Below, in pieces: positions 19,272 to 28,337 of a DNA stretch of 64,000 nt; positions within the stretch are counted from its first letter, which is position 1; each line of letters opens with the position of its first letter. This stretch comes from an uncultured Alphaproteobacteria bacterium. Its GTDB lineage: Bacteria > Pseudomonadota > Alphaproteobacteria > HIMB59. The DNA lies in NCBI GenBank assembly GCA_902546975.1, contig CACCLU010000004.1, positions 89,134 through 153,133 of the forward strand, written 5' to 3'. The notes under the pieces were generated by a model. The model made no database searches. It saw only the letters and a program-made list of their open reading frames with translations, and was not told where the DNA came from. Both the position numbers and the translations under genes were made by a program.

Positions 19272-20107
19272 TAGCCTAATATTCCTTTCTTTTCTGCTGG
19301 CTCTAGATTGTCATAATTCCAGAGCATTCTTCCTGCAACGTATTTCTTAAATTTTGAAGCTGGGACCTTGCAATCAATCTCAGCATTTTTAATTTTTTGT
19401 TCTAGCCATCTAACCTCGTGTTCATTCATTTCACCAGGTACGCAGTCTGTTCCAAGCGAATGAGGCTCCCCTCCTACAAAAATGATTCCATCATACATTG
19501 AGTCACCCATGTTTGCGTTTACATCACCACAAACGATAATTCTTCCTCTTTGCATCATAAATCCAGTGTAAGCTCCAGCATTTCCGCCAATAAGAATAGT
19601 GCCACCTTTCATATCAATTCCAGTTCTTGCACCTGCATCGCCTTTAACTATAAGGTCACCGCCTCTAAGAGCAGCTCCAAAACAAGATCCTGCATTGTTT
19701 TCAACAACAACTTTTCCTGACATCATATTTTCAGCACATGACCAACCAACTCTTCCGTTAACTCTCACTGTTGGTCCATCGATACAACCGATACCAAAAT
19801 AACCTAAGCTACCCTCAAAGATTAAGTTTAACTTATTTAGAATTCCCACACCAAGTGAATGTTTTGCACCAGGGTTTTTAATAACTATAGACCCATATCC
19901 CTTTCGAATTGCATCTCTGATTTTTTGATTCAATTCATGAGCATCAATGCCTTCACAATCAATGGAGGTTCTTTTATTAAAATCAACTTCGTGATTACCG
20001 TAGTAGGTATAATTTTCTTCTTCTGTTACTTCAAAATATAATTTTTGCGATCTACCTGATAAATTTTCATCATCAAAAGCAGTAGTTCTTTTTGTTATGC
20101 CTGCCAT
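19271..20107 (-). CDS. GXGXG-domain protein (MgsB/GltB3 paralog) with N-terminal extension
   Basis: Repeated G-x-G-x-G beta-helix motifs (GDAGARTGIDMKGG, GNAGAYTGFMMQRG). Confidence 0.85.
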   Translation of the reverse strand: MAGITKRTTAFDDENLSGRSQKLYFEVTEEENYTYYGNHEVDFNKRTSIDCEGIDAHELNQKIRDAIRKGYGSIVIKNPGAKHSLGVGILNKLNLIFEGSLGYFGIGCIDGPTVRVNGRVGWSCAENMMSGKVVVENNAGSCFGAALRGGDLIVKGDAGARTGIDMKGGTILIGGNAGAYTGFMMQRGRIIVCGDVNANMGDSMYDGIIFVGGEPHSLGTDCVPGEMNEHEVRWLEQKIKNAEIDCKVPASKFKKYVAGRMLWNYDNLEPAEKKGILG

Positions 20108-21036
20108 ACTTTTACCTCCGCTTCATAAGGGTCATATGTTTTAATTTCGTGAGGAAATATATTCCTAATTGCAACTTCCTCTGATGCACATGCTACGATG
20201 TCTTTACTTTCGTAGATTACCATTGGCTTAGCGGCCATATGGTCTTTTGCCATTCCCAACTGATCCTTTGTTGCTACAACATATGTAAAAACTCCATCGA
20301 GCTCATCCAAGCTATCATGCATAGCTTTTTCTAGTTCAATGCCGTTAGCCATCTTATCAGCTATATAGACAGCAATTATTTCTGAGTCACAATTTGAATT
20401 AAACCTGTAACCTTTTCTTTCAAGTACTCTTCGATTGCCCCAATAGTTAGTCAATTGACCATTATGAACAACTGACACATCCTCAAAAGGAAAAGCCCAA
20501 TAAGGGTGTGCGGATTTAATATCTACATCAGACTCGGTAGCCATCCTTGTATGGCCAATACCGTGGGTACCCATAAATTTATCAAGGCCATATTGATTGG
20601 ATACAGTATTTGCATCGCCTAAGTCTTTAATGAGCTCAAGACCCTTACCAATAGATAAAATTTCAGTTTTTTCGACTGTTTCTATCTCAGTAGCCAAATC
20701 TGTGAGGTCACCTTTAAAATCAAATATATATCTGAAAGCGTATGGGGTGCTGGAGCTTTCTTTTGTTACTTTAGCACCATGTTTTTTTAAAATAGAGTCG
20801 ACAGCATTTTTTCTATTTTTTAAATCAGCAGGTGAGTCGACAGTTGCATTTACCTTTTCAGCCTCGTTTTCAGATATTTTAAATCTCATTACAAAGCCTT
20901 TTTTTAAAGGTGTTCCGTACATAGCATATCCTGTTGAGTCAGGTCCCCTATGTTTAAGACCTTGTAACATAAGGCCCATTTGTTCACCGACGTTGACTGT
21001 CTTCTTTTTATTTATAACTCCAGCTATTCCACACAT
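20095..21036 (-). CDS. Class II (Ntn) glutamine amidotransferase (MgsA paralog)
   Basis: N-terminal MCGIAG, HRGPDSTG, GHTRMATES, HNGQLTN, DSE. Confidence 0.88.
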   Translation of the reverse strand: MCGIAGVINKKKTVNVGEQMGLMLQGLKHRGPDSTGYAMYGTPLKKGFVMRFKISENEAEKVNATVDSPADLKNRKNAVDSILKKHGAKVTKESSSTPYAFRYIFDFKGDLTDLATEIETVEKTEILSIGKGLELIKDLGDANTVSNQYGLDKFMGTHGIGHTRMATESDVDIKSAHPYWAFPFEDVSVVHNGQLTNYWGNRRVLERKGYRFNSNCDSEIIAVYIADKMANGIELEKAMHDSLDELDGVFTYVVATKDQLGMAKDHMAAKPMVIYESKDIVACASEEVAIRNIFPHEIKTYDPYEAEVKVWQA

Positions 21037-21055
21037 ACTTTTCTCCTATCTTATC

Positions 21056-22525
21056 TTATGGTAAGCAATCTAGGTATTTATCGAGATCCCATTGAGTCGG
21101 AGTTGCTAAAAATTCTTCCCACTCATCTCTTTTATACTCCATAAACACTTTCATCATGTCACCTGGTAGAGCATCTTGTATTACCTTATCGGTTTCTAAT
21201 CGATCTAATGCCTCACCAAGAGTCATTGGTAATTTTTCAACTTGCTTACCAGCTTTCATTTGTTCATACATATTTTGTTGTTCAGGTTTGCCTGGATCCA
21301 TTTTCTTTGAAATACCATGGTCGAATGCTTTCAACAGGCCGCTTCCCATTAAGTATGGGTTGTGGGCTGAGTCAACTGATCGATATTCAAATCTACCAGG
21401 GGCAGATACCCTTAAACCACAGGTTCTGTTTTGATATCCCCAGTCCGCATAAACTGGAGCCCAAAAACCTGTATCCCAAAGTCTTCTATATGAATTCACA
21501 GTTGAGGAACCCAAGGCTGTTAAAGCAGGAAGGTGTTCCATGACACCACCAATTGCTTGAAGGCCTATTTTTCCAGGAATTCTTCTATCTTTTCCGTCCG
21601 GCATAAAGACATTTGTACCTCCCCTACGGTGATGAAATACATTTTCCATACCTGGGATAGTCTTGTTACCACATGGTATTAACTCATCTTTTCCGCCCTT
21701 CCAGAGTGAAATATTTGTGTGACACCCAGAAGCAGACACGCCAACAAATGGCTTACTCAGAAAACAAGCAATCAAATTAAATTCTCTTGCTACTTGAGCA
21801 CAGATTTGTCTGTAAGTTGATAACCTGTCAGCGTTTCTAACAACATCATCGTAGTTGAAATTTAGTTCTAATTGTCCAGGCGCGTCCTCATGGTCACCTT
21901 GGATAATGTCCAAACCCATTGCACGTGAATACTCAATTACTTTCATGTAAACAGGTCTTAATGATTCAAATTGATCAATGTGATAGCAGTAAGGCTTAGA
22001 GAAACCTGAGCCAGTCGGTGAACCATCTTCGTTTTTTGTTAACCACATCATTTCAGGTTCTGTCCCTGCTCGTAATTCTAGTTTGTGTTTCTTTTTAAAT
22101 TCTTCATGGGCTCTTTTTAAGTTACCTCTGCAATCAGATGTAAGATATCCACCAGGATCTTTTTCTTCTTCCCTGTTTCTAAAACAAGTACAAAAAACTC
22201 TGGCAATTCTTTTATCCCATGGAATTTGAACAAATGTTTCAGGGTCAGGTATACCCACTAATTCGTGAGCCTCTGGTCCATAACCTATGTAATCACCATG
22301 TCTATTTGTAAATAGATTAGCAGTAGCTCCATAAACTAATTGGAAACCTTTATTGGCTACACTCTCCCAATGATCTGCAGGAACACCTTTACCTACAATT
22401 CGACCTGTAACAGAAATAAATTGATAATAAATGTACTCAATTCCTAATTTATCAATTTTTTTTCTAACTTGTTTTATATAGTCTTGTCTCTTTTTATCCT
22501 TAACGTACGTTTCTAGCGCTGTCAT
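21056..22525 (-). CDS. Glutamine synthetase-like gamma-glutamyl-amine ligase (paralog 2, GMAS-like)
   Basis: GTEPEM, GDHEDAPGQLE, SASGCH, FWAP, NRTCGLR, FEYRSVD..NPY. Confidence 0.85.
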   Translation of the reverse strand: MTALETYVKDKKRQDYIKQVRKKIDKLGIEYIYYQFISVTGRIVGKGVPADHWESVANKGFQLVYGATANLFTNRHGDYIGYGPEAHELVGIPDPETFVQIPWDKRIARVFCTCFRNREEEKDPGGYLTSDCRGNLKRAHEEFKKKHKLELRAGTEPEMMWLTKNEDGSPTGSGFSKPYCYHIDQFESLRPVYMKVIEYSRAMGLDIIQGDHEDAPGQLELNFNYDDVVRNADRLSTYRQICAQVAREFNLIACFLSKPFVGVSASGCHTNISLWKGGKDELIPCGNKTIPGMENVFHHRRGGTNVFMPDGKDRRIPGKIGLQAIGGVMEHLPALTALGSSTVNSYRRLWDTGFWAPVYADWGYQNRTCGLRVSAPGRFEYRSVDSAHNPYLMGSGLLKAFDHGISKKMDPGKPEQQNMYEQMKAGKQVEKLPMTLGEALDRLETDKVIQDALPGDMMKVFMEYKRDEWEEFLATPTQWDLDKYLDCLP

Positions 22526-22546
22526 TTTATTCCTCCTCCTTTTACA

Positions 22547-23893
22547 TCAACTCCAAGGGAACGGGCTCTTTGAAACCGGATGTAACTTCCCTTCTTCATA
22601 ACGAGAAAATCTAAAAGGTTCTAGAATTTCAGATTTCTCACCAAGTAACTCATTAGATACAAGATCACCTAACCCAGCCATTTTGTATCCATGGTTTGCA
22701 TCAGCTATAATATATACGTTTTCTCTGTATCGGTCGAATACGGGAAAACGATCTGGAGTAACACAGCCAATACCGCCAGCTTTTTGCTTTTTGTATTTAG
22801 CGTGACATCCATCAAATTGCTTTTGGCAAAAAGCCAAAGCTGAGGTCCATTTATCCTCAAAAGAAGCCCTAGGTTGAAACTCATCTGAGTCATGACCATA
22901 AGGGTCAAGACTTATGTCGTTTACAGGTTTATTTATGTCATAAGGAGAGGAGCCGCCTTGTATACCATCTCTGTAGACATCGGGCTTATAGTAAAAACCC
23001 CACATAACATTTTCATGTATAACATCTCCTGTTTTATTTGAGACAAGTGTAGCTTCTGTATCAACATGAATAACTGGGTACTCTGTTCCGTTTGCTGTTT
23101 TATAACTTCTTGGATCAACTTCCAACTCACCCTCTTCAAGCGCCATGTATGACCACATAGGTATATCATCAGTAAATGAACCATCAGGTTTTTTTATTTT
23201 TACGGTGTTAGGTAATTCTAAAATTTCCCAAAATTTTCTTACCCAAGGGCCAGCCGCAACAACTAATTGAGTGCATTCAATTTTACCCTCTGAAGTTTCT
23301 ACAGCCGAAACTGCTCCACTACCATTAGAAGAAATTAAATTGTTAACAGTCACACCTTCTAAAACTTTTGCTCCAGCTGATACTGCTAACTTATGGAAGC
23401 CCTCTATAGCTCCTCTATTAGCTCCATATCCTGTTTTCTTTTCGTGTAAAACTGAAGTGATGCCTTGAGCTTGCCAATCTGGCAACATGTCTTTCATATA
23501 CTTATCACAATCTGATGCTCCCTCGATAAACTCAGAGTCAAATCCTATTTCTTTTTGCTGCTCATAAACTTCAGACATGCCCTCTTGCATAAGCTCGGAG
23601 TTGATCTGCATGTAGCCAACTGGCTTGTAAGTTAAAGCCTCAGCATTCTCATTCCAAACATTTACAGAATGAGCCATTAGTCTTCTCATTGCAGGCTGGT
23701 AGTAGTTGTTCCTTACAATTCCACATGCAACACCACTTGCTCCATTTGCAACTTTGGATTTTTCCAAAACGACTACAGAATTTTCTTTGAGTTGGCCTTT
23801 GCTGGATAATTTTTTACAAAGATGCCATGCGGTGCTCAGACCGTGAATTCCAGCCCCGATTATTAAATAGTCACATTTAGTAGGTAAGCTCAT
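22547..23893 (-). CDS. FAD-dependent oxidoreductase, DAO/SoxB superfamily (start moved to ATG 23893)
   Basis: GAGIHGLSTAWHL Rossmann motif, GASGVACG; SD GGAGG precedes ATG at 23893. Confidence 0.85.
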   Translation of the reverse strand: MSLPTKCDYLIIGAGIHGLSTAWHLCKKLSSKGQLKENSVVVLEKSKVANGASGVACGIVRNNYYQPAMRRLMAHSVNVWNENAEALTYKPVGYMQINSELMQEGMSEVYEQQKEIGFDSEFIEGASDCDKYMKDMLPDWQAQGITSVLHEKKTGYGANRGAIEGFHKLAVSAGAKVLEGVTVNNLISSNGSGAVSAVETSEGKIECTQLVVAAGPWVRKFWEILELPNTVKIKKPDGSFTDDIPMWSYMALEEGELEVDPRSYKTANGTEYPVIHVDTEATLVSNKTGDVIHENVMWGFYYKPDVYRDGIQGGSSPYDINKPVNDISLDPYGHDSDEFQPRASFEDKWTSALAFCQKQFDGCHAKYKKQKAGGIGCVTPDRFPVFDRYRENVYIIADANHGYKMAGLGDLVSNELLGEKSEILEPFRFSRYEEGKLHPVSKSPFPWS

Positions 23894-23952
23894 TATTTTA
23901 GTAACCTCCAAGCAGTTACATTTTGTCTGTGAGGTATGAAAAAAACACATTT

Positions 23953-23971
23953 TGTTTCATATTATGAAACA
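23953..23971. promoter_or_regulatory. Palindromic operator TGTTTCAT-ATT-ATGAAACA (perfect copy)
   Basis: Perfect inverted repeat upstream of the extra mgs-like operon; the same motif occurs at 24799, 32918 and 42246. Confidence 0.75.
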
Positions 23972-24010
23972 AAATTTTTATAAAAATCTATTATTTATCA
24001 ACAATAATCG

Positions 24011-24781
24011 TCAATTGGCAACAATTAGTCGAGAAATTTTAATCGAGGCAGATTGAAGGAGATCGACATAATACATCATAGTTTTTGGGTTTAAAATATT
24101 TTTACTTCCTGATAAAGCGATTCCGGCAAATGATCTTTTATCTTTGTCTAAAATAGCAACTCCTATTCCATAAGAGTTTTCAAAAGCTTCTCCATGATTA
24201 AGTGCATAACCGTTAGTTCTAATTTTGCCTAGTTGTCTTTTTAAATCATTTAAATTTGTAATTGTATTGTTTGTGTGTGGATAAAAATTATAACTACGAT
24301 AAATTGTTGCAATTTCATTTTCAGGTCTGTAAGCAAGCATGACTTTTCCCAAAGCACAGCAATGAGCGTCAAGTCTCATTCTAAAAGTTCTAATAGTTGC
24401 ATCATCATTGTTGTCAGAAATTTTATCAGAATGAACTATTTGAGATCCTTCAAGCATTGCCAAATAGGTAATTAAATTCGTTTTACTAGAGACCTCTTTT
24501 AGAATTTCTTTAGAAGTCTCAGAAATTGACTGAAGATAATCTGAGGTTTCTCCAAATTGAAAAGCTTTATGCCCCATAGTGTATGTATTCGATCCAGTAT
24601 TTTTATGGATATAACCAAGTTGAGATAAAACAGACAATAGTCTAAATGTAGTTGTTCTAGATAAAATTGCTTTTCTGGAAATATTCGATGCCTTCAACGG
24701 GAAAATTGATTTTGATAAAATTTCAAGAATTTTAAAAGATTTTTCCAGAGATTTATTTATATATTTTAAATTTTGTTGCAA
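24011..24781 (-). CDS. IclR family transcriptional regulator
   Basis: N-terminal KSLEKSFKILE..HTH (LSRTTTFRLLSVL..LGY), AHCCALGKVMLA, IRTNGYA; TTG start with GGAGG SD. Confidence 0.92.
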   Translation of the reverse strand: MQQNLKYINKSLEKSFKILEILSKSIFPLKASNISRKAILSRTTTFRLLSVLSQLGYIHKNTGSNTYTMGHKAFQFGETSDYLQSISETSKEILKEVSSKTNLITYLAMLEGSQIVHSDKISDNNDDATIRTFRMRLDAHCCALGKVMLAYRPENEIATIYRSYNFYPHTNNTITNLNDLKRQLGKIRTNGYALNHGEAFENSYGIGVAILDKDKRSFAGIALSGSKNILNPKTMMYYVDLLQSASIKISRLIVAN

Positions 24782-24798
24782 AACTGTCCTCCAACCAA

Positions 24799-24817
24799 TG
24801 TTCCACAGTATGAAACA
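24799..24817. promoter_or_regulatory. Operator copy TGTTCCACAGTATGAAACA upstream of iclR (putative autoregulation)
   Basis: Matches the 19-bp palindrome; 18 nt upstream of the iclR start. Confidence 0.65.
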
Positions 24818-24851
24818 TTATAGTATAGTTTAAGTTATTAGCAACTAGTGG

Positions 24852-26171
24852 TTAAATCTTACCAGGCACCCAACCGGTTCCCGCTAAAGGAACCCTTGCC
24901 ATTGCAGCAGCTTCAACTGTTAATGCACATAGGTCCTCAGGTTCAAGATTATGTAAATCGTTTTTACCACATGCCCTCGCTATAGTTTGGGCTTCAAGAG
25001 TCATAACCTTGAGATAATTAGATAATCTTTTTCCACCTTTTACTGGATCTAATCTTTTCATTAATTTTGGATCTTGTGTATTTATACCTGATGGGTCTTT
25101 ACCTTCATGCCAATCATCGAAAGCACCAGCTGTTGTTCCAAGTTTTTTGTAATCGCTCTCCCACTTTGGATCATTATCACCCAGTGCAATTAATGCTGAT
25201 GAACCAATGGAAACAGCATCAGCACCCAATGCCATAGCTTTTGCAACATCCGCACCATTTCTAATTCCACCTGAAATAATTAACTGAACCTTCCTGTGCA
25301 TATCTAAGTCTAATAAAGCATCTACTGCTGGCCTGATACATGCCAATGTTGGCTGACCTACGTTTTCGATAAATACCTCTTGTGTAGCTGCAGTACCTCC
25401 TTGCATGCCATCAAGCACCACCACATCAGCACCGGCTTTTACTGCAAGTGCAGTATCGTAGTAAGGCCTAGATCCTGCAATTTTTACAAATATGGGAACT
25501 TTCCAACCTGTTATTTCCCTGAGTTCTAAAATTTTAATTTCCAAATCATCTGGTCCAGTCCAATCTGGATGTCTACATGCTGATCTCTGATCAATTCCTT
25601 TTGGTAATGTTCTCATCTCGGCAACACGATCACTTATCTTTTGACCGAGTAACATACCTCCACCGCCAGGTTTAGCACCTTGACCTATCACAACTTCAAT
25701 AGCATCTGCTTTTCTTAAATCCTCTGGATTCATTCCATACCTTGAGGGAAGTAATTGGTAAACCAAATGCTTTGATTGTCCTCTCTCCTCAGGGGTCATG
25801 CCTCCATCGCCTGTTGTCGTTGAAGTCCCGGCAATACTAGCTCCTCTTCCAAGCGCTTCTTTCGCTGGTCCTGAGAGAGCTCCAAAGCTCATTCCAGCAA
25901 TTGTTATTGGAATATCTAATTCAAGCGGTTTTTTTGCAAATCTTGTTCCAAGAGTGACGTTAGTACTACACTTTTCTCTATAGCCCTCTAAAGGGTATCT
26001 TGACATTGATGCGCCTAAAAAAAGAAGATCGTCAAAATGAGGTAGTCTTTTTTTTGAACCACCGCCTCTAATGTCATAAATACCTGTTTCTGCAGCTCTT
26101 CGAATTTCAGAGTTTGTATAGTCATCAAATGTCCAAGATTTTCTTGGTGTAGTTTTAAATTTTTCTGCCAT
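24852..26171 (-). CDS. mgsC: N-methylglutamate synthase FMN subunit
   Basis: AGMSFGALS, TGDGG, GQGAKPGGGGMLLG, SACRHPDWTGPDDL; Cys-less FDDWHEGKDP. Confidence 0.85.
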   Translation of the reverse strand: MAEKFKTTPRKSWTFDDYTNSEIRRAAETGIYDIRGGGSKKRLPHFDDLLFLGASMSRYPLEGYREKCSTNVTLGTRFAKKPLELDIPITIAGMSFGALSGPAKEALGRGASIAGTSTTTGDGGMTPEERGQSKHLVYQLLPSRYGMNPEDLRKADAIEVVIGQGAKPGGGGMLLGQKISDRVAEMRTLPKGIDQRSACRHPDWTGPDDLEIKILELREITGWKVPIFVKIAGSRPYYDTALAVKAGADVVVLDGMQGGTAATQEVFIENVGQPTLACIRPAVDALLDLDMHRKVQLIISGGIRNGADVAKAMALGADAVSIGSSALIALGDNDPKWESDYKKLGTTAGAFDDWHEGKDPSGINTQDPKLMKRLDPVKGGKRLSNYLKVMTLEAQTIARACGKNDLHNLEPEDLCALTVEAAAMARVPLAGTGWVPGKI

Positions 26172-26854
26172 TAGTACTCCGATACATTATCTATATTAAA
26201 ATTATAAAGTTTTCTTGCTGAACCATACATTTTGAAGTTTTTAATCTCACTTTCATTTATACTTGCTTTTTTTAAAAGAGATCTCAAAATATTTTGATCT
26301 TTTTTATTCATTTTTTTCTCTTCGCAGTCAGCACCGAGTGATTTCACCTTACCCTTAATAAAAATATTTGCTTCATAGATACTGTCTCCCAGAGCGTCTC
26401 CAGCATCTCCACATATAACTAAATTTCCAGATTGAGCCATAAATGCAGACATATGGCCTACCGATCCTTTAACTATAATATCTATTCCTTTCATTGAAAT
26501 CCCACAACGTGAACTAGTATCACCATCAATGATCAAAGTTCCACCATGTGCTGTAGCACCGGCTGATTGGGATGCATTGCCCTTAACATGAACAGTTCCA
26601 GACATCATATTTTCTGCAACACCTGTGCCCACATTTCCATTTACAATGATATTTGCATTCATGTTCATACCAGCACAATAGTATCCTGTGTGACCATCAA
26701 TAGTGACTTCAATCTCGTCTTTTAGTCCAGCACAAATAGCGTGATTTCCATCTGGATTTGAAATTTTAAAAATCTTTTTGTTTGATTTTCTATCTATACT
26801 CTGAAGAGTTTCATTAACTTTTCTCAATGACTCTTTTTTTAAATTTAAATTCAT
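26171..26854 (-). CDS. mgsB: N-methylglutamate synthase GXGXG subunit
   Basis: GHTGYYCAGM, GNASQSAGATAHGG, RCGISMKG. Confidence 0.85.
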   Translation of the reverse strand: MNLNLKKESLRKVNETLQSIDRKSNKKIFKISNPDGNHAICAGLKDEIEVTIDGHTGYYCAGMNMNANIIVNGNVGTGVAENMMSGTVHVKGNASQSAGATAHGGTLIIDGDTSSRCGISMKGIDIIVKGSVGHMSAFMAQSGNLVICGDAGDALGDSIYEANIFIKGKVKSLGADCEEKKMNKKDQNILRSLLKKASINESEIKNFKMYGSARKLYNFNIDNVSEY

Positions 26855-27735
26855 TATTTGCCCCAGCTGTATACTTTTCCGGGCTCTGGTTCAAAAATTT
26901 TTGCTGAATTTACATTTGGTAAGTGTGCCATTGCTTGAAACTCTGAGGCAATAGCAACATAATCCTTTGTTTCTGCAACAACTGCGGGTTTACAAGCTAT
27001 CTCATCTCTAACAATTGCCATGCCATTTTTGGTTCCAGAAATAAATGTGTAAAAACCATCGAGGTCCTTCAGTCCATCCAAAAGTGTTTCTTTGAGTGAT
27101 TTTTTATCAGATAATCCGTTTGAAATATAACCTGCAGCGACTTCCGTATCATTCAAGGACTTTATTTCAATCCCTTTTTTCTGAAGCGATCTTCTTAAAT
27201 TGTTGTGATTTGACAAAGATCCGTTATGTACAAGACATTCATCCTCGCCTGTGGAATATGGATGAGAGCCATCTGTCGTGATTGCACTTTCTGTTGCCAT
27301 CCTTGTATGCCCAATAGCATGTGAGCCAGAAAACTTCTCTAGTGAAAAATTTTTAACAACATCCTTCGGATTTCCTACTTGTTTAAATATTTCTATGCAA
27401 CTACCATACCCAACTAAACTTAATTCATCATGATTTTTTAAAATTTCTATAAATTTCTTTGGCTTCATTGCTGTTTCAATTATTAAATGATCTGAAATAG
27501 ATTTTACTTTGATATCTTTTACTTGCTTAGATAGTTTTTTTGAAATTTCTTTTACTTGATCAGTATTAGAGCAGACCGAATATTTATATTTCTTTTTTTT
27601 CTCAGATGAGTATATCGCAAAACCTGCACTATCAGGACCACGCGTAGCCATACTATTCATCATTCCAGTAAGAAATTTACCTAATTGTGAATTATATTTT
27701 TTATTTTTTAAATATATTCCAACTATACCGCACAT
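26854..27735 (-). CDS. mgsA: N-methylglutamate synthase Ntn-amidotransferase subunit
   Basis: MCGIVG, RGPDSAG, GHTRMATES, HNGSLSNH. Confidence 0.85.
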   Translation of the reverse strand: MCGIVGIYLKNKKYNSQLGKFLTGMMNSMATRGPDSAGFAIYSSEKKKKYKYSVCSNTDQVKEISKKLSKQVKDIKVKSISDHLIIETAMKPKKFIEILKNHDELSLVGYGSCIEIFKQVGNPKDVVKNFSLEKFSGSHAIGHTRMATESAITTDGSHPYSTGEDECLVHNGSLSNHNNLRRSLQKKGIEIKSLNDTEVAAGYISNGLSDKKSLKETLLDGLKDLDGFYTFISGTKNGMAIVRDEIACKPAVVAETKDYVAIASEFQAMAHLPNVNSAKIFEPEPGKVYSWGK

Positions 27736-27740
27736 TAATA

Positions 27741-28337
27741 TTAAATACCCTCATACCCATACTCTAATGACGAGTCAGTAATGCTATGGTAAAAAGAACC
27801 ACCAAAGCTTCTTAATGCATAAAGGTTAAAACAAAACGGTTGGTCGTCTAAATAGTCGATCAGTATGTTAATTCCGTTATATGTCGTGTTCACGCAATTA
27901 TTTGGTTTAAACATATTTTCATTAAAATTTATTGGAGAACCTTTTTTTAAAACATTTTTTGCATTTACGCCTGATATTTGTAATACAGCTCTTGATTGTG
28001 AAATATCTGTAATGGCAAAATCCTCATCTCTAATCGATTTATAAATTTCGTCTTTCAAGTCAATTTTTTTTGAGATAATTAACCAGGTATCAGGACCGGT
28101 CCACAATACTCTTGTTTCTTGGTTGTGAGAAACTTTTAGACTTTCTGTCGGTAAATTAAGTTGATTTATGGTAACTTTTTCAATCTCAATTGAGCTTTTT
28201 TTAAATTTAGCAATTTGGATAATACTTAGGTCTTTTATTTCTGAAATTTTTAATAGGTTTTCTTTATTCTCATAGTCGCCAAACAAGCCGAGCTTATGAT
28301 CAAAATGAAGTGGTGATAGGTTTTGTGCTTGTTCCAT
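27741..28337 (-). CDS. soxG: Sarcosine oxidase gamma / N-methylglutamate dehydrogenase small subunit
   Basis: LWTGPDTWL, DISQSRAVLQISG, RSF; operon position. Confidence 0.85.
   Translation of the reverse strand: MEQAQNLSPLHFDHKLGLFGDYENKENLLKISEIKDLSIIQIAKFKKSSIEIEKVTINQLNLPTESLKVSHNQETRVLWTGPDTWLIISKKIDLKDEIYKSIRDEDFAITDISQSRAVLQISGVNAKNVLKKGSPINFNENMFKPNNCVNTTYNGINILIDYLDDQPFCFNLYALRSFGGSFYHSITDSSLEYGYEGI

Noticed and set aside
11147-22525. Calling any of the GS homologs glnA
   Set aside because: All lack the GS-I EAP flap glutamate and sit among amine-catabolic genes.
23894-23950. N-terminal extension MCFFHTSQ... of the flavoprotein given in the ORF track
   Set aside because: The track start abuts the operator, while a GGAGG SD precedes ATG 23893 and the Rossmann motif begins shortly after it.
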